Below, in pieces: positions 48,866-58,638 of a DNA stretch of 64,000 bases. The stretch lies in assembly GCA_965221165.1 (NCBI GenBank), contig CBDCRP010000002.1, positions 512,001 through 576,000 of the forward strand. The letters run 5' to 3'. The stretch comes from a bacterium. Lineage in GTDB: Bacteria; UBA8248. The notes below the pieces were generated by a model that was given only the letters and a program-made list of their open reading frames with translations, was not told where the DNA came from and made no database searches. Positions within the stretch are counted from its first letter, which is position 1; every line of letters begins with the position of its first letter. Position numbers and translations under genes: made by a program.

Positions 48866-49947
48866 CTCAGTTTCAACGTCGCCAAACTCATGAGAGCCAA
48901 CACGACCGCCACTATCCAGAAGCGGACCGTCACCTTGGGTTCGGACCAACCCTCCTCCTCGTAGTGATGGTGCAGCGGCGCCATGCGGAACACACGCTGG
49001 CCGGTGAGCTTGAAGGAAACCACCTGCACGATGACCGAAAGCGTCTCGACGACGAACAAGCCGCCCACCAAAAACAAAAGAATCTCCTGCTTGATCGCCA
49101 GCGCCACCGTGGCCAGCAATGCGCCCAGCGAAAGCGCGCCCACGTCGCCCATGAACACCTGTGCCGGGTATGCGTTGAACCATAAGAACCCAAGCCCCGC
49201 GCCGAACATGGCGCCGCAAAGAATGGCCAGTTCCGCCGCGCCCCGAACGTGGAGGATGAGCAAATATTTGGAGATGGCCGCATGTCCCGAGACGTAGCTG
49301 AAAACGAGATACGCCCCCGCCGCGATCATCAGGGGGCCGATGGCGAGGCCATCCAGACCGTCCGTGAGATTCACGGCGTTGCTCGTCGACACGATGACGA
49401 GGGCGGCGTAGGGCACGAACCAAACACCGATGTCGGGTTGCAAGTTCTTGAAAAAGGGCACCATGACGACGGTCCTGAAATCTGCGCCTACGAAACCGCT
49501 ATACAGGGCGTAACCCACGATGAGACCGATGACCCCTTGGATCAGGAATTTCATGGAAGGTCTTACGCCGTTTTTATCTTTCAGGATCACTTTTGTGTAA
49601 TCATCCCAAAAGCCCAGAATACCAAAGGCGAGCAGAACGAACAGGGAAAGCCAGATGTAGCCGTTCGCGAGGTCGTTCCACAGCAGAACCGGAACGGCCA
49701 CGCACAAGAGGATGAGAAGCCCTCCCATCGTCGGTGTTCCTTTTTTCGCCATGTGGGTCTGGGGGCCATCGTCTCGGATGACTTCGCCGATTTGACGCTC
49801 CTGCAGGTACCGAATGAGTCGAGGCCCCAACAACAACGACATGACGAGGGCGGAGAGCACCGCCATCGCCGTTCTGAACGTGATGAAGCGAAACACGTTG
49901 AGCGCCGAGATCGTCTGACTCAATGAGATGAAAGCGGAATAGAGCAT
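48862..49947 (-). CDS. mraY: phospho-MurNAc-pentapeptide transferase
   Basis: KKGTPTMGG, NLTDGLDGL, FMGDVG and MAPLHHH. Confidence 0.98.
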   Translation of the reverse strand: MLYSAFISLSQTISALNVFRFITFRTAMAVLSALVMSLLLGPRLIRYLQERQIGEVIRDDGPQTHMAKKGTPTMGGLLILLCVAVPVLLWNDLANGYIWLSLFVLLAFGILGFWDDYTKVILKDKNGVRPSMKFLIQGVIGLIVGYALYSGFVGADFRTVVMVPFFKNLQPDIGVWFVPYAALVIVSTSNAVNLTDGLDGLAIGPLMIAAGAYLVFSYVSGHAAISKYLLILHVRGAAELAILCGAMFGAGLGFLWFNAYPAQVFMGDVGALSLGALLATVALAIKQEILLFLVGGLFVVETLSVIVQVVSFKLTGQRVFRMAPLHHHYEEEGWSEPKVTVRFWIVAVVLALMSLATLKLR

Positions 49948-51362
49948 CAGATTTCGAGTCCTTCAATAACGCGCTCCATCATCATCGAGCGCGACCCCTT
50001 CACCAAAACCCAATCGCCGGGGAGGAGCACGCCGGCCAGCGAGGAAGCGGCCTGCTCCGGCGTGTCGAAATTCATGATCCGGGCGCCGTCCATGCCCTCC
50101 CGGCGCGCTTCATCGGAGGCGAGCCTCATCAGCGGCCCCACGCCCACGAACAGGTCTACGCCGCAAGCAGTTGTATTTCGCCCCACTTCGCGGTGCGCGC
50201 TCTCGGCGGCCGGCCCCAGTTCCGCCATGTCGCCGAGAACCGATATGAGCCGCCCATCGCCCCTGAGGGCGCCTGCTGTTTCCAGCGCCTGGGAAACGGA
50301 CTCAGGATTCGCGTTGTAGGAATCATCCAGAAGATGCACGCCCGCGCGTCCTGGTATCTCGCGCGCCTGCAAGCGCATTTCGGGGAGAACGGCCCGGGAA
50401 AGTCCGGCAGCTATCTCATCCAGGGCGACACCCAGTGCAGACGCGCAAGCCGCGGCGGCCAGCGCGTTCAAGACGTTATGCCGCCCGAGCGCCTTGATTC
50501 GAACCTCGCTCTCACCGTCGGGGCAGCGGAGCGTAAAGCGAGTTCCATCGGCTGAGATATGAATTCCATCCGCCCAAAATTCGTTTTGCGGCGAAAAGCC
50601 AAAACGAATCACACGTCCGCCCATCGCCTCATATCTCTCGGCCAAAACGCGACTGTGCGCATCCTCATTCGAGAGCACGGCCACTCCGCCAGGAGGCATC
50701 GCCTCGAGTATCTCGCCTTTCGCGTTGCGCACCGCCTCCACGCTGCCCAACCCCTCGATGTGGGCAGGCCCGACGTTCGTGATGACGGCGACCTGGGGCC
50801 GGGCGATTTCGGCGAGCCTCCTGATTTCACCGGCCTCGCTCATCCCCATCTCGAAAACGGCGCTCGCATGCTCTTCGCCCAAACAAAGAACCTGGTGCGG
50901 CAAACCCACCAGATTGTTCAGGTTACCCCTGCTCTTGCACGTGTCTCCTATCGTGGAGAGAAGCGCCGCTATCATTTCCTTCGCCGTCGTCTTCCCGTTG
51001 CTGCCCGTCACCCCCACCACGGGTATATCGAAGCGGCTCCGGTGCGCGCGCGCCAGATCACCCAACGCCCCCAGCGTGTCCGCAACCTCGACGACGAAAA
51101 CCACATCCCCATCGAGTGCGTCTGTGCCCTGCTCAACGACGAGGCCCGCCGCTTTTTTCTCCATCGCCTCGGCCAGGAACTGCGCCCCGTCGAAGTTCTC
51201 GCCCTTGAGCGCGATGAACAACTCGCCCGCTCTCAGCGTGCGCGTATCCGTGCTCGCACCTGCGGCATGGGCCGAGCCGTCTCCGCGGATGAGCCTCCCA
51301 TTAACGGCCTTCGCGATTTCATTTGCGCTGAAAACAGCCGCCATCGATTCCGCCCCTATCAT
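49947..51362 (-). CDS. murF: UDP-MurNAc-tripeptide--D-Ala-D-Ala ligase
   Basis: GSNGKTT, EMGM, DDSYNANP and KGSR. Confidence 0.96.
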   Translation of the reverse strand: MIGAESMAAVFSANEIAKAVNGRLIRGDGSAHAAGASTDTRTLRAGELFIALKGENFDGAQFLAEAMEKKAAGLVVEQGTDALDGDVVFVVEVADTLGALGDLARAHRSRFDIPVVGVTGSNGKTTAKEMIAALLSTIGDTCKSRGNLNNLVGLPHQVLCLGEEHASAVFEMGMSEAGEIRRLAEIARPQVAVITNVGPAHIEGLGSVEAVRNAKGEILEAMPPGGVAVLSNEDAHSRVLAERYEAMGGRVIRFGFSPQNEFWADGIHISADGTRFTLRCPDGESEVRIKALGRHNVLNALAAAACASALGVALDEIAAGLSRAVLPEMRLQAREIPGRAGVHLLDDSYNANPESVSQALETAGALRGDGRLISVLGDMAELGPAAESAHREVGRNTTACGVDLFVGVGPLMRLASDEARREGMDGARIMNFDTPEQAASSLAGVLLPGDWVLVKGSRSMMMERVIEGLEI

Positions 51363-52867
51363 TTCTCGTATCCCGCGAGGCGCAGCGCCGTGCGGGCCTC
51401 TTCGCGATCGTCAAACGCAGTGCGCTCGGTTCCCAGAATCTGATACGTCTCGTGCCCCTTGCCGGCGATGACCACGGCGTCTCCTTCGCGCGCTTCGGCG
51501 ATGATCGCCCGAATCGCCTCGCGCCTGTCCAGAATGCTGCGCCAACGCCCATCGCTCCCAGGCGCGAGAGCGGCGCCGGATTCCACTTCCCTCAGAATCG
51601 ATGCAGGCTCTTCTGTGCGCGGATTGTCGGAGGTCATCACCACGTAATCGCTCGCCCGCAAGGCGGCGGCGGCCATGAGCGGGCGTTTTTTTCTGTCCCT
51701 GTCGCCCCCGCACCCCATGAGGGTGAGAATTCGCCTCTCCGTGATGGGACGGGCGAACTCCAGCACACGAGCGAGAGCGTCCTCGGTATGCGCGTAATCC
51801 ACCACCACCAGAAAGGGCTGGCCCGAATCTATCTTTTCGAAACGCCCGGGTATGTTCTTCAAAGACGCGATGCCCGCCGCCACTTCATCGAGCGTCAGAC
51901 CCTGCGATAGACACGCCGCCGATGCGGCCAGAATATTGCTCAGGTTATGGCGGCCGATGAGCGCCGTTTCGACCCTCACTCCTCCGGCGGGCGTGAACAT
52001 CTTGAAATTCATGCCCGCAGGAGAACTCGAGAGGTTCTCCGAGCCGAAGTCCGCCCCGGCGTCCAAAGCGTAGGTCCAGACTTTTCCCCTCGCCTCCGCA
52101 GCAATTCTTCTTCCGTAGGCGTCGTCGGTGTTGACGATGGAATTTGCGGGCGAAAAGTCTTGGAACAGCCTCAGTTTCGCCTGGAAATAAGACTCCATGT
52201 CGCCATGAAAATCGAGATGGTCCTGGGTGAGGTTACTGAACACCGCCGCCTGAAACTCACAGCCGAGCAGCCTGCCGAGAGCCAGTCCATGGCTCGACAC
52301 TTCCATCACGGCATGGGAGGCGCCGGCATCCGCCATGCGGCGCAGATACCGCTGGAGGTCGGGGCCTTCCGAAGAGGTGCGCGGCTCCTCGAACACCTCA
52401 TCGCCCACACGGTAATGAATCGTCCCCATCAAGCCGGTGCGCCTGCCCGAGGAGCGGAGAATCGAATCGATGAGAAACGCGGTGGTCGTCTTCCCGTTGG
52501 TGCCCGTGACGCCGATGAGCGCCAGCTCTCCGGAGGGATGCCCGTAAAACGCATCGCCGATGCGGGATAAGGCCTCACGACACGAAGGCGCGACGAACTG
52601 GGGGATTTCAGGAGAGATACCCTCTATTTTTCTCTCCACGACGAGAGCGGCGGCGCCCCCCTCAACCGCGTCTTTGGCAAAACCGTGTCCATCGGCCTGG
52701 AAACCCGCCACCGCGACGAAGACGTCGCCCGAGCGGACGAGGCGCGAATCGTAGGCCACGCCGGAGATTTGCGCGGAAAAATCTCCAGCGGCCTTCGCGC
52801 CGGGCATCGTCCGAGTCAATTCCTCGAATGAGGCGCTTTTCTCACTCACAACCATCACCCCGCTCAA
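51359..52867 (-). CDS. murE: UDP-MurNAc-dipeptide--meso-DAP ligase
   Basis: GTNGKTT, MEVSSH, DYAHT, DNPR (DAP-type) and GKGHE. Confidence 0.97.
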   Translation of the reverse strand: MSGVMVVSEKSASFEELTRTMPGAKAAGDFSAQISGVAYDSRLVRSGDVFVAVAGFQADGHGFAKDAVEGGAAALVVERKIEGISPEIPQFVAPSCREALSRIGDAFYGHPSGELALIGVTGTNGKTTTAFLIDSILRSSGRRTGLMGTIHYRVGDEVFEEPRTSSEGPDLQRYLRRMADAGASHAVMEVSSHGLALGRLLGCEFQAAVFSNLTQDHLDFHGDMESYFQAKLRLFQDFSPANSIVNTDDAYGRRIAAEARGKVWTYALDAGADFGSENLSSSPAGMNFKMFTPAGGVRVETALIGRHNLSNILAASAACLSQGLTLDEVAAGIASLKNIPGRFEKIDSGQPFLVVVDYAHTEDALARVLEFARPITERRILTLMGCGGDRDRKKRPLMAAAALRASDYVVMTSDNPRTEEPASILREVESGAALAPGSDGRWRSILDRREAIRAIIAEAREGDAVVIAGKGHETYQILGTERTAFDDREEARTALRLAGYEK

Positions 52868-54717
52868 CGCACCGCATCCCGTAAAGCCGCCATCGAGCGG
52901 TCGCCATGCAGATAAAGGCGAACCTCCCTTGCGGCGTCAAAAATCTTCTCGCCTATCGTTCGATTCCCATTCTCCACATTGGCGCGAACGCGGACCCGGG
53001 GGCGCGAATCCGCCACCTGCAGAATCCTCGTCCCCTTCGGGGGCACGCGCATATAGCGCAGCGCCTGCCAGGCGATTCGCCGCCAAACCGGCGCCGCGAC
53101 CGTTCCCCCCCACGCGCCTCCGGGCGCACGGCCCTCATCGAAGATAACGATGAGGGCGAAGCGGGGATTCTCGTAGGGAGCGAAACCCACGAACGACATG
53201 ATGAAATCCGACCGACTGTAACCCCTCCGGCCCGGGAGAACCTTCTGCGCCGTACCCGTTTTTCCCGCGGCTCCATAGCCTGGAATTTCGGCCCTTCGCC
53301 CCGTGCCCTCGGCCACGACCTTCCTCAATAAGGCGCCGAGGCGCTTCGCCACGCGGCGAGAGAGGACGCGCCTGAACTGCGGTCCCTGGGCCGGAATCGT
53401 CCTTTTTCCGTCGCGTTCGATGGACTCGTGCAAAACGGGCTTGGGCATCTGGCCGCCGTTCGCCACAGCGGCTACGGTCATCACCATTTGAAGCGGGGTG
53501 ACGCCCACTTCCTGGCCGATGGATACCGCCGCCAATGAGGTTTTCGACCATTTCTCCGGCGAGCGGAGCACGCCCCGGGCTTCTCCGGGAAAATTGATTC
53601 CCGTCTTGCGGCCGAAACCAAACCGGTGCGCCATGAAGTAAAGCGGATGTTTTCCGATATCCCTCGCCATCTTGAAAGCGCCGATGTTCGATGATTTCAC
53701 AATCGCCTGCTCGGCGGTGAGCCAGCCGTATTTTTTGTGATCGCGGAGGGTGTAGCGCCCCCCTCCAAACTGGTAGGAGCCGTTTTCCGCGAAATACTTC
53801 TTGGAGAGCGATGCGCCCGCGTCCAGATAGGCCGCCGCCGTGACGATCTTGAACGTCGAGCCGGGTTCGTAGTACTCCTGGATGGCGGGTTCTTTCCAAA
53901 GGGATGCGCCATAAAGTTTATACGTGTTGGGGTTAAACCCCGGCACGGACGCCAAGGCCAGAATTCTTCCGCTGTGGGGCTCGACCATCACCCCGATGGC
54001 GCGCCGCGCGCCCACCCGGCGAACCTGTGCGCTCAACTCTTTTTCGACGATGTACTGGAGCACTTCATCGATAGTGAGGCGAACATCCGCGCCCGGCCGC
54101 GGAGCCACCAGAACCCGCGCTTCGGGGTGAACCGACCTCCCCTTCGCGTCGCGCTGGATGCGTATGCGGCCCACACGCCCGCCCATATGGCTTTGGTAAG
54201 ACTGCTCGACGCCATACATACCCGCGTCATCAACACCGACGAAGCCGACCAAAGATGAGGCGAGTTCACGCTTGGGATAAAACCGCCTGCTCTCGGTGAC
54301 GAAACCCAGACCCCCGATCCCTAACTTTTCGATCCTTCTTTGCTTCTCCGGGTTGATCTTACGCTTGAGCCATACATATCTTCGGCGACCGTTCAACTTT
54401 TCAAAATAATCTTCCTTCGAGCCACCCAGAATCTCCTTGAGCGCCAGCGAGGTATTCCAGGGATCGGCCACTTCCCTGGCGTTGGCGAACAAAGATGGCG
54501 CGTTGATGCTCACCGCCAAAGGGCGGCCCCTCACGTCCACGACGTCTCCGCGCCTGGGGCGTACCAAGAGGGTGCGGCGCAATTGGCGCTCCGCATAGGC
54601 CACGAGGCGATCCCTGTCTCGGATCTGGATGATGAAGAGCTTGACGCCCAACATGCAAAATCCAAAAACCACGAAGAAGCCGCAAATCAACAAGCGGTGA
54701 GAGAAGCCCTTTTTCAT
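52864..54717 (-). CDS. ftsI: class B penicillin-binding protein (FtsI/PBP3)
   Basis: GSTFK (SxxK), SSN and KTGT; position after ftsL. Confidence 0.93.
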   Translation of the reverse strand: MKKGFSHRLLICGFFVVFGFCMLGVKLFIIQIRDRDRLVAYAERQLRRTLLVRPRRGDVVDVRGRPLAVSINAPSLFANAREVADPWNTSLALKEILGGSKEDYFEKLNGRRRYVWLKRKINPEKQRRIEKLGIGGLGFVTESRRFYPKRELASSLVGFVGVDDAGMYGVEQSYQSHMGGRVGRIRIQRDAKGRSVHPEARVLVAPRPGADVRLTIDEVLQYIVEKELSAQVRRVGARRAIGVMVEPHSGRILALASVPGFNPNTYKLYGASLWKEPAIQEYYEPGSTFKIVTAAAYLDAGASLSKKYFAENGSYQFGGGRYTLRDHKKYGWLTAEQAIVKSSNIGAFKMARDIGKHPLYFMAHRFGFGRKTGINFPGEARGVLRSPEKWSKTSLAAVSIGQEVGVTPLQMVMTVAAVANGGQMPKPVLHESIERDGKRTIPAQGPQFRRVLSRRVAKRLGALLRKVVAEGTGRRAEIPGYGAAGKTGTAQKVLPGRRGYSRSDFIMSFVGFAPYENPRFALIVIFDEGRAPGGAWGGTVAAPVWRRIAWQALRYMRVPPKGTRILQVADSRPRVRVRANVENGNRTIGEKIFDAAREVRLYLHGDRSMAALRDAVR

Positions 54718-54762
54718 GGGCCAACCTGCTATGGGCGGTGGTAGGAGGAAGGTAGCGTTATT

Positions 54763-55119
54763 CTAACTTCCCGGCCCTACTCTTACATATACTATTTGTT
54801 CGGGCCTAGGGAAAACCATTTTCATCTTTTTTCGCGCAATCGACTCGATTCTATCCAACTGGCGAAGTGCGGCCACCTCGATCCGCAGAACACGCCTCTC
54901 CTGCAAGAGCTTTTCTCTTTGACGCTCCAGGCGCGCCAGATGATATCCGATTCGCACCATTTCCAGATGCGGCCACACCAATACGACGGCGCTGCACGCG
55001 ATGAAAGTGATGCACAAACCGGCCTTGAGTAACGAAACACCCGAACCGACAGACGCCTCGCTGTAAAACCGCGCGCCAAATCTCTCTCGCCACCCGCTCC
55101 GGACTTTCGAGCGCCTCAT
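54763..55119 (-). CDS. ftsL: cell division protein FtsL
   Basis: TM plus leucine zipper, RIESIAR..M..P; between rsmH and ftsI. Confidence 0.85.
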   Translation of the reverse strand: MRRSKVRSGWRERFGARFYSEASVGSGVSLLKAGLCITFIACSAVVLVWPHLEMVRIGYHLARLERQREKLLQERRVLRIEVAALRQLDRIESIARKKMKMVFPRPEQIVYVRVGPGS

Positions 55120-55122
55120 CCC

Positions 55123-56115
55123 CTAGTCTCCGTTGAGGCGTTCGGCCGCGCGAAGTTTCGCGCTGCGGCTGCGCGGGTTTTCTCTCACTTCCGAATCACT
55201 GGGCCGAACGACCTTCCGGGTCAGGAATCGGAGGGTCGGCTCCTCACCGCCCGAGAGTTCGCGAAAGAGATTTTTGACGATCCTGTCTTCGAGCGAATGA
55301 AAGCTGATGACGACGACCCGCCCGCCCGGGCGCAGAAGATCCACCGCATCGCGCAAGGAGTCCTCCAGGGTCTCCATCTCACGGTTCACGGCGATCCGCA
55401 GCGCCTGGAACGTCCGGGTCGCAGGGTGAATGCGCCAACTTCTCCCGCGGCGGCCGCTTCTTCTGGCTGCGACCGTGGCGATGAGCGATGCGAGTTCATC
55501 GCAACGCCTCACGCCTCCATCCACGCGCGCCCGCCCGATGGCGCGCGCGATGGCGCGGGAGTGGCGCTCTTCCCCATATTGATAGATGAGATCGGCGAGT
55601 TCTTCTTCCGGCAATTGCTCGATCAAATCGGCCGCGGTCGGCCCCTGCATCCGGTCCATTCGCATGTCCAAAGGCTCGGGCGCGTTCATGCGGAACCCGC
55701 GGCCGGGTGTGTCGAGTTGCATCGAAGAAAGGCCGAGGTCGAACAAAACGCCATCCACCGACGCATATCCCTCGGCTCTCACGATGCGATTCATTTCGCC
55801 ATGATGCACATGATGTATTCTGGCGGCAGGCCCATATTTCGCCAGCCGCTTCTTGCAGATATCGACAGCATCCCGGTCCCGGTCACAGCCGATCAGCACA
55901 CCCGATGGCTGAACCGCATCCAAAACCGCGCCGCCATGTCCCCCTCCGCCCAAGGTAGTATCTAAGAACACAGCGCCCGGAGATGGCGCCAGGAAGCGCA
56001 AGACCTCCTGAACCATGACCGGGACGTGAGATGCCGTCATGTCCACGTTTTCACCGCAAAAATGTTCCTCTGCGGCGTATTCGCTTGAAATTGGTTTTTC
56101 TAGTGCGGCAAACAC
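55123..56115 (-). CDS. rsmH: 16S rRNA m4C1402 methyltransferase
   Basis: HVPVM, GGGGH, DLGLSSMQLD, FHSLEDR and NPRSRSAKLR; start may be 56040. Confidence 0.97.
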   Translation of the reverse strand: MFAALEKPISSEYAAEEHFCGENVDMTASHVPVMVQEVLRFLAPSPGAVFLDTTLGGGGHGGAVLDAVQPSGVLIGCDRDRDAVDICKKRLAKYGPAARIHHVHHGEMNRIVRAEGYASVDGVLFDLGLSSMQLDTPGRGFRMNAPEPLDMRMDRMQGPTAADLIEQLPEEELADLIYQYGEERHSRAIARAIGRARVDGGVRRCDELASLIATVAARRSGRRGRSWRIHPATRTFQALRIAVNREMETLEDSLRDAVDLLRPGGRVVVISFHSLEDRIVKNLFRELSGGEEPTLRFLTRKVVRPSDSEVRENPRSRSAKLRAAERLNGD

Positions 56116-56139
56116 CCCCGCTCCCCCTTTGAGCCCGCA

Positions 56140-56598
56140 TCAGAATTCGAATTCGATCAAATCTTCAGCAGACTCCTCATCGACAGCCTCGGACTTCCCA
56201 TCGTCCACTTCACCCATTTCCTCATTCCATTTCGCCTTGCCCCAAATCTCCAGCCTGTTTTCGATGCCCGCAACGATGGCCTCTTTCTCGATGGAAGAAC
56301 TCGCACGCAGTTTGGCGGGCAGCAGGATCCTGCCTTGTCGATCGAACTCGCACGATTCTGCGCGGCCGTAGAGCCTCCGGAGAGTGCGGCGAACCTCTTT
56401 GGACGAGGTCGAGAGTTCCTCGAGTTTCTCGCTGAACTTGCGTTTCCATTCCTGTACGGGGTAGACGAAAATGCAGCCGTCCTTGCTGATGAGAATGACC
56501 TGGTCGCCGTAAGTGGCGCTCAGATGCTCCCTGTACCGCGCTGGAATATTGACGCGGCCTTTTGCATCGACTGATACCGGATGGGAACTGATAAGCAT
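56140..56598 (-). CDS. mraZ: transcriptional regulator MraZ
   Basis: DAKGRVNIP and DRQGRILLP repeats, LEIW. Confidence 0.95.
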   Translation of the reverse strand: MLISSHPVSVDAKGRVNIPARYREHLSATYGDQVILISKDGCIFVYPVQEWKRKFSEKLEELSTSSKEVRRTLRRLYGRAESCEFDRQGRILLPAKLRASSSIEKEAIVAGIENRLEIWGKAKWNEEMGEVDDGKSEAVDEESAEDLIEFEF

Positions 56599-56611
56599 CC
56601 TGCCTGTACCT

Positions 56612-56636
56612 CCCACTTCACCCCATATTTTCCCAC
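56612..56636 (-). promoter_or_regulatory. MraZ operator, three (G/A)TGGG boxes at 10-bp period
   Basis: GTGGG-aaaat-ATGGG-gtgaa-GTGGG directly upstream of mraZ. Confidence 0.8.
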
Positions 56637-56647
56637 CTAGATTTACA

Positions 56648-56676
56648 TTTATACCCCGCGATAAAATACCTGTCAA
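56648..56676 (-). promoter_or_regulatory. sigma70 promoter of the dcw operon
   Basis: TTGACA-N17-TATAAA with an A/T-rich upstream tract. Confidence 0.75.
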
Positions 56677-56881
56677 CATGAAAATTAAAAAAAGAGAGAA
56701 AAATCAATGATTTCTATATAAAAAGGAAAAGAGAGACATCAAATGTTTCAGGGTATTTTTGCCCTTAAAATATAAAGTACTACTTTAATAAATTAGTTTT
56801 AATTTATTGAAGTTAAAATTAAAAAAAATATAGGTGGGTAATAGTGGGGAACATATAGAAGCAGAAAGAAAAAAGGATTTT

Positions 56882-57631
56882 CTACGAGGAAGAAAAAAGG
56901 ACGAGCATCATGGTCTCGACGATTTCGCATGTGGCGCCAGGCGCATCTCTCGCGCTTTTATCCGATTTATCGAGCAGGCGCTTCAGTCCCCATGCGACGC
57001 ACAGGGCGACAACGGCCAGGAGAATACCCCACAACCGTCCCAGCAGGAGGCAAAGCAGGAAAGACCAACCCAGCGCGAAATATCCTTCGCGCGGGCTTGG
57101 GGGTCGGGCGAACACCCGGCGGTCACCCTCCTCATCTTTCAGAGGGGGTGGCGACGCGATGAGGTACGCCATCGCCGCGCGGGCGAGGATGGGAGACAGT
57201 ATGAGTGCGAGATATCGATCATTTCCCTGAAGTTCACTCAAAGAGACGAATTTGAGCAAGAGCGCGCCGGTGAAGAGTGCAACGCCCACGGAGCCGAGGG
57301 ACGCCTCTTTTGCAAGGCTTCCAGACCCCAGCGCGTCCGCGAAATCGGACAACCCGCCCAGGTGAAGACCCCGGGTCAACACAACGAGCGCGATGATGAG
57401 CAGGGCGCTGCGCACCGAAATGGTAAAAGCGCTCGCGAGTACCCAGTCCAAAAGGATGAGGATACCCCCGATAAGGAGGCCAACGAACGGAAAACACACG
57501 AGGGCGCGCGCCGTATCTTCCGCTTCCGGCTCACGAGGCGCGCCCGGCCATGGCAAAACCGTCAAAAATCTTATGGCCAACGCCAGCGCCTTCATCAGCC
57601 GTCCTCCCCCCAGAATCAGCTCCCTGAACAA
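56882..57631 (-). CDS. divergent CobS-like membrane protein
   Basis: AIRFLTVLP, FPFVGLLIG and TRGLHLGGLSDFAD; several conserved CobS motifs are missing. Confidence 0.75.
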   Translation of the reverse strand: MFRELILGGGRLMKALALAIRFLTVLPWPGAPREPEAEDTARALVCFPFVGLLIGGILILLDWVLASAFTISVRSALLIIALVVLTRGLHLGGLSDFADALGSGSLAKEASLGSVGVALFTGALLLKFVSLSELQGNDRYLALILSPILARAAMAYLIASPPPLKDEEGDRRVFARPPSPREGYFALGWSFLLCLLLGRLWGILLAVVALCVAWGLKRLLDKSDKSARDAPGATCEIVETMMLVLFSSS

Positions 57632-57661
57632 AATCCGAAAGCTACGCGCGGATGAGGGAAA

Positions 57662-58534
57662 TCAAAAACAATGTTCTTCCCCGGGAAACTCGCCTTCGCG
57701 CACCTCCCGGCAGTAGCGCGCTATCGCTTCCGTAGTCATCTGACCGACATCGGCGTAGACCCTGACGAATTTCGGCGTGAAGTCGTGAAACAGGCGAAGC
57801 ATGTCGTGGGTGACGAGCACCTGGCCATCGCAATCGGGACCCGCGCCAATGCCGATGGTGGGAATATCGATCTCCCGAGTCACACGAGCACCCAGGGCCG
57901 CCGGTATGCCTTCGAGCACGATGGAAAACGCGCCGCCCTCCTGCACGGCCACCGCGTCGCACAGCACCTGATCCGCTCCTTCATCGGTTTTTCCCTGCAC
58001 CTTGAAGCCGCCGAACGTATGGACGCTTTGGGGCGTGAGGCCCACGTGTCCCATCACAGGAATCTGGCTGTCCACCACCGCGCGTATCTCGTCTTTGACG
58101 CGAACGCCGCCTTCGAGTTTCACCGCCTCGGCACAGCCTTCCTGGATAAGACGACCAGCGTTCAGGATGGTGTCGCGCACGCTGACCCCGAAGGTCAGGA
58201 ATGGCAGATCGGCCACGAGCAACGCCTTGGGATTCGCGCGGCTCACTGCGCGGGTGTGGTGAACCATGTCGTCCAGGGTCACTTTCGTCGTGTCGGGATA
58301 CCCCAGAACCACCATGCCCAGGCTATCGCCGACCAGGATGACATCCACTTCGGAGTCATCCACGAGTTTCGCCGTGGGGTAATCATACGCGGTGACAGAG
58401 GTGATCTTCTTCCCGCCCTTGCGCGCCCGGATGATGGCGGTGGTGATTTTCTTGCGCGCTTTCTTGGGTGCGCCGTTTCCGTTGGTGGAGTTTTTACCGT
58501 TTGAATGCAGCTTGGCGAGACTTTTTGTGCTCAT
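57662..58534 (-). CDS. panB: 3-methyl-2-oxobutanoate hydroxymethyltransferase
   Basis: TAYD, LVGDSLGMV, KLEGG, GHVGLTPQ and GIGAG. Confidence 0.97.
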   Translation of the reverse strand: MSTKSLAKLHSNGKNSTNGNGAPKKARKKITTAIIRARKGGKKITSVTAYDYPTAKLVDDSEVDVILVGDSLGMVVLGYPDTTKVTLDDMVHHTRAVSRANPKALLVADLPFLTFGVSVRDTILNAGRLIQEGCAEAVKLEGGVRVKDEIRAVVDSQIPVMGHVGLTPQSVHTFGGFKVQGKTDEGADQVLCDAVAVQEGGAFSIVLEGIPAALGARVTREIDIPTIGIGAGPDCDGQVLVTHDMLRLFHDFTPKFVRVYADVGQMTTEAIARYCREVREGEFPGEEHCF

Positions 58535-58638
58535 GGTCGCTCCCTCTTGGGTGAACGCCTGTTAGAAGGCCAAGTTTGATTTTCTATTGTTTCCGACCGT
58601 GTCCAGGGCCAGCCAGCTCCCGGCACGAGTTACAAAGA

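Noticed and set aside
48866-49423. Apparent 185-aa N-terminal extension of MurD, and similar extensions on HyuA, MurC, FolC and the FGE protein
   Set aside because: These overlap upstream genes in another frame; downstream starts fit family N-termini
56640-56880. Very AT-rich tract as possible foreign DNA
   Set aside because: It coincides with the dcw promoter and upstream element and has no mobile-element features
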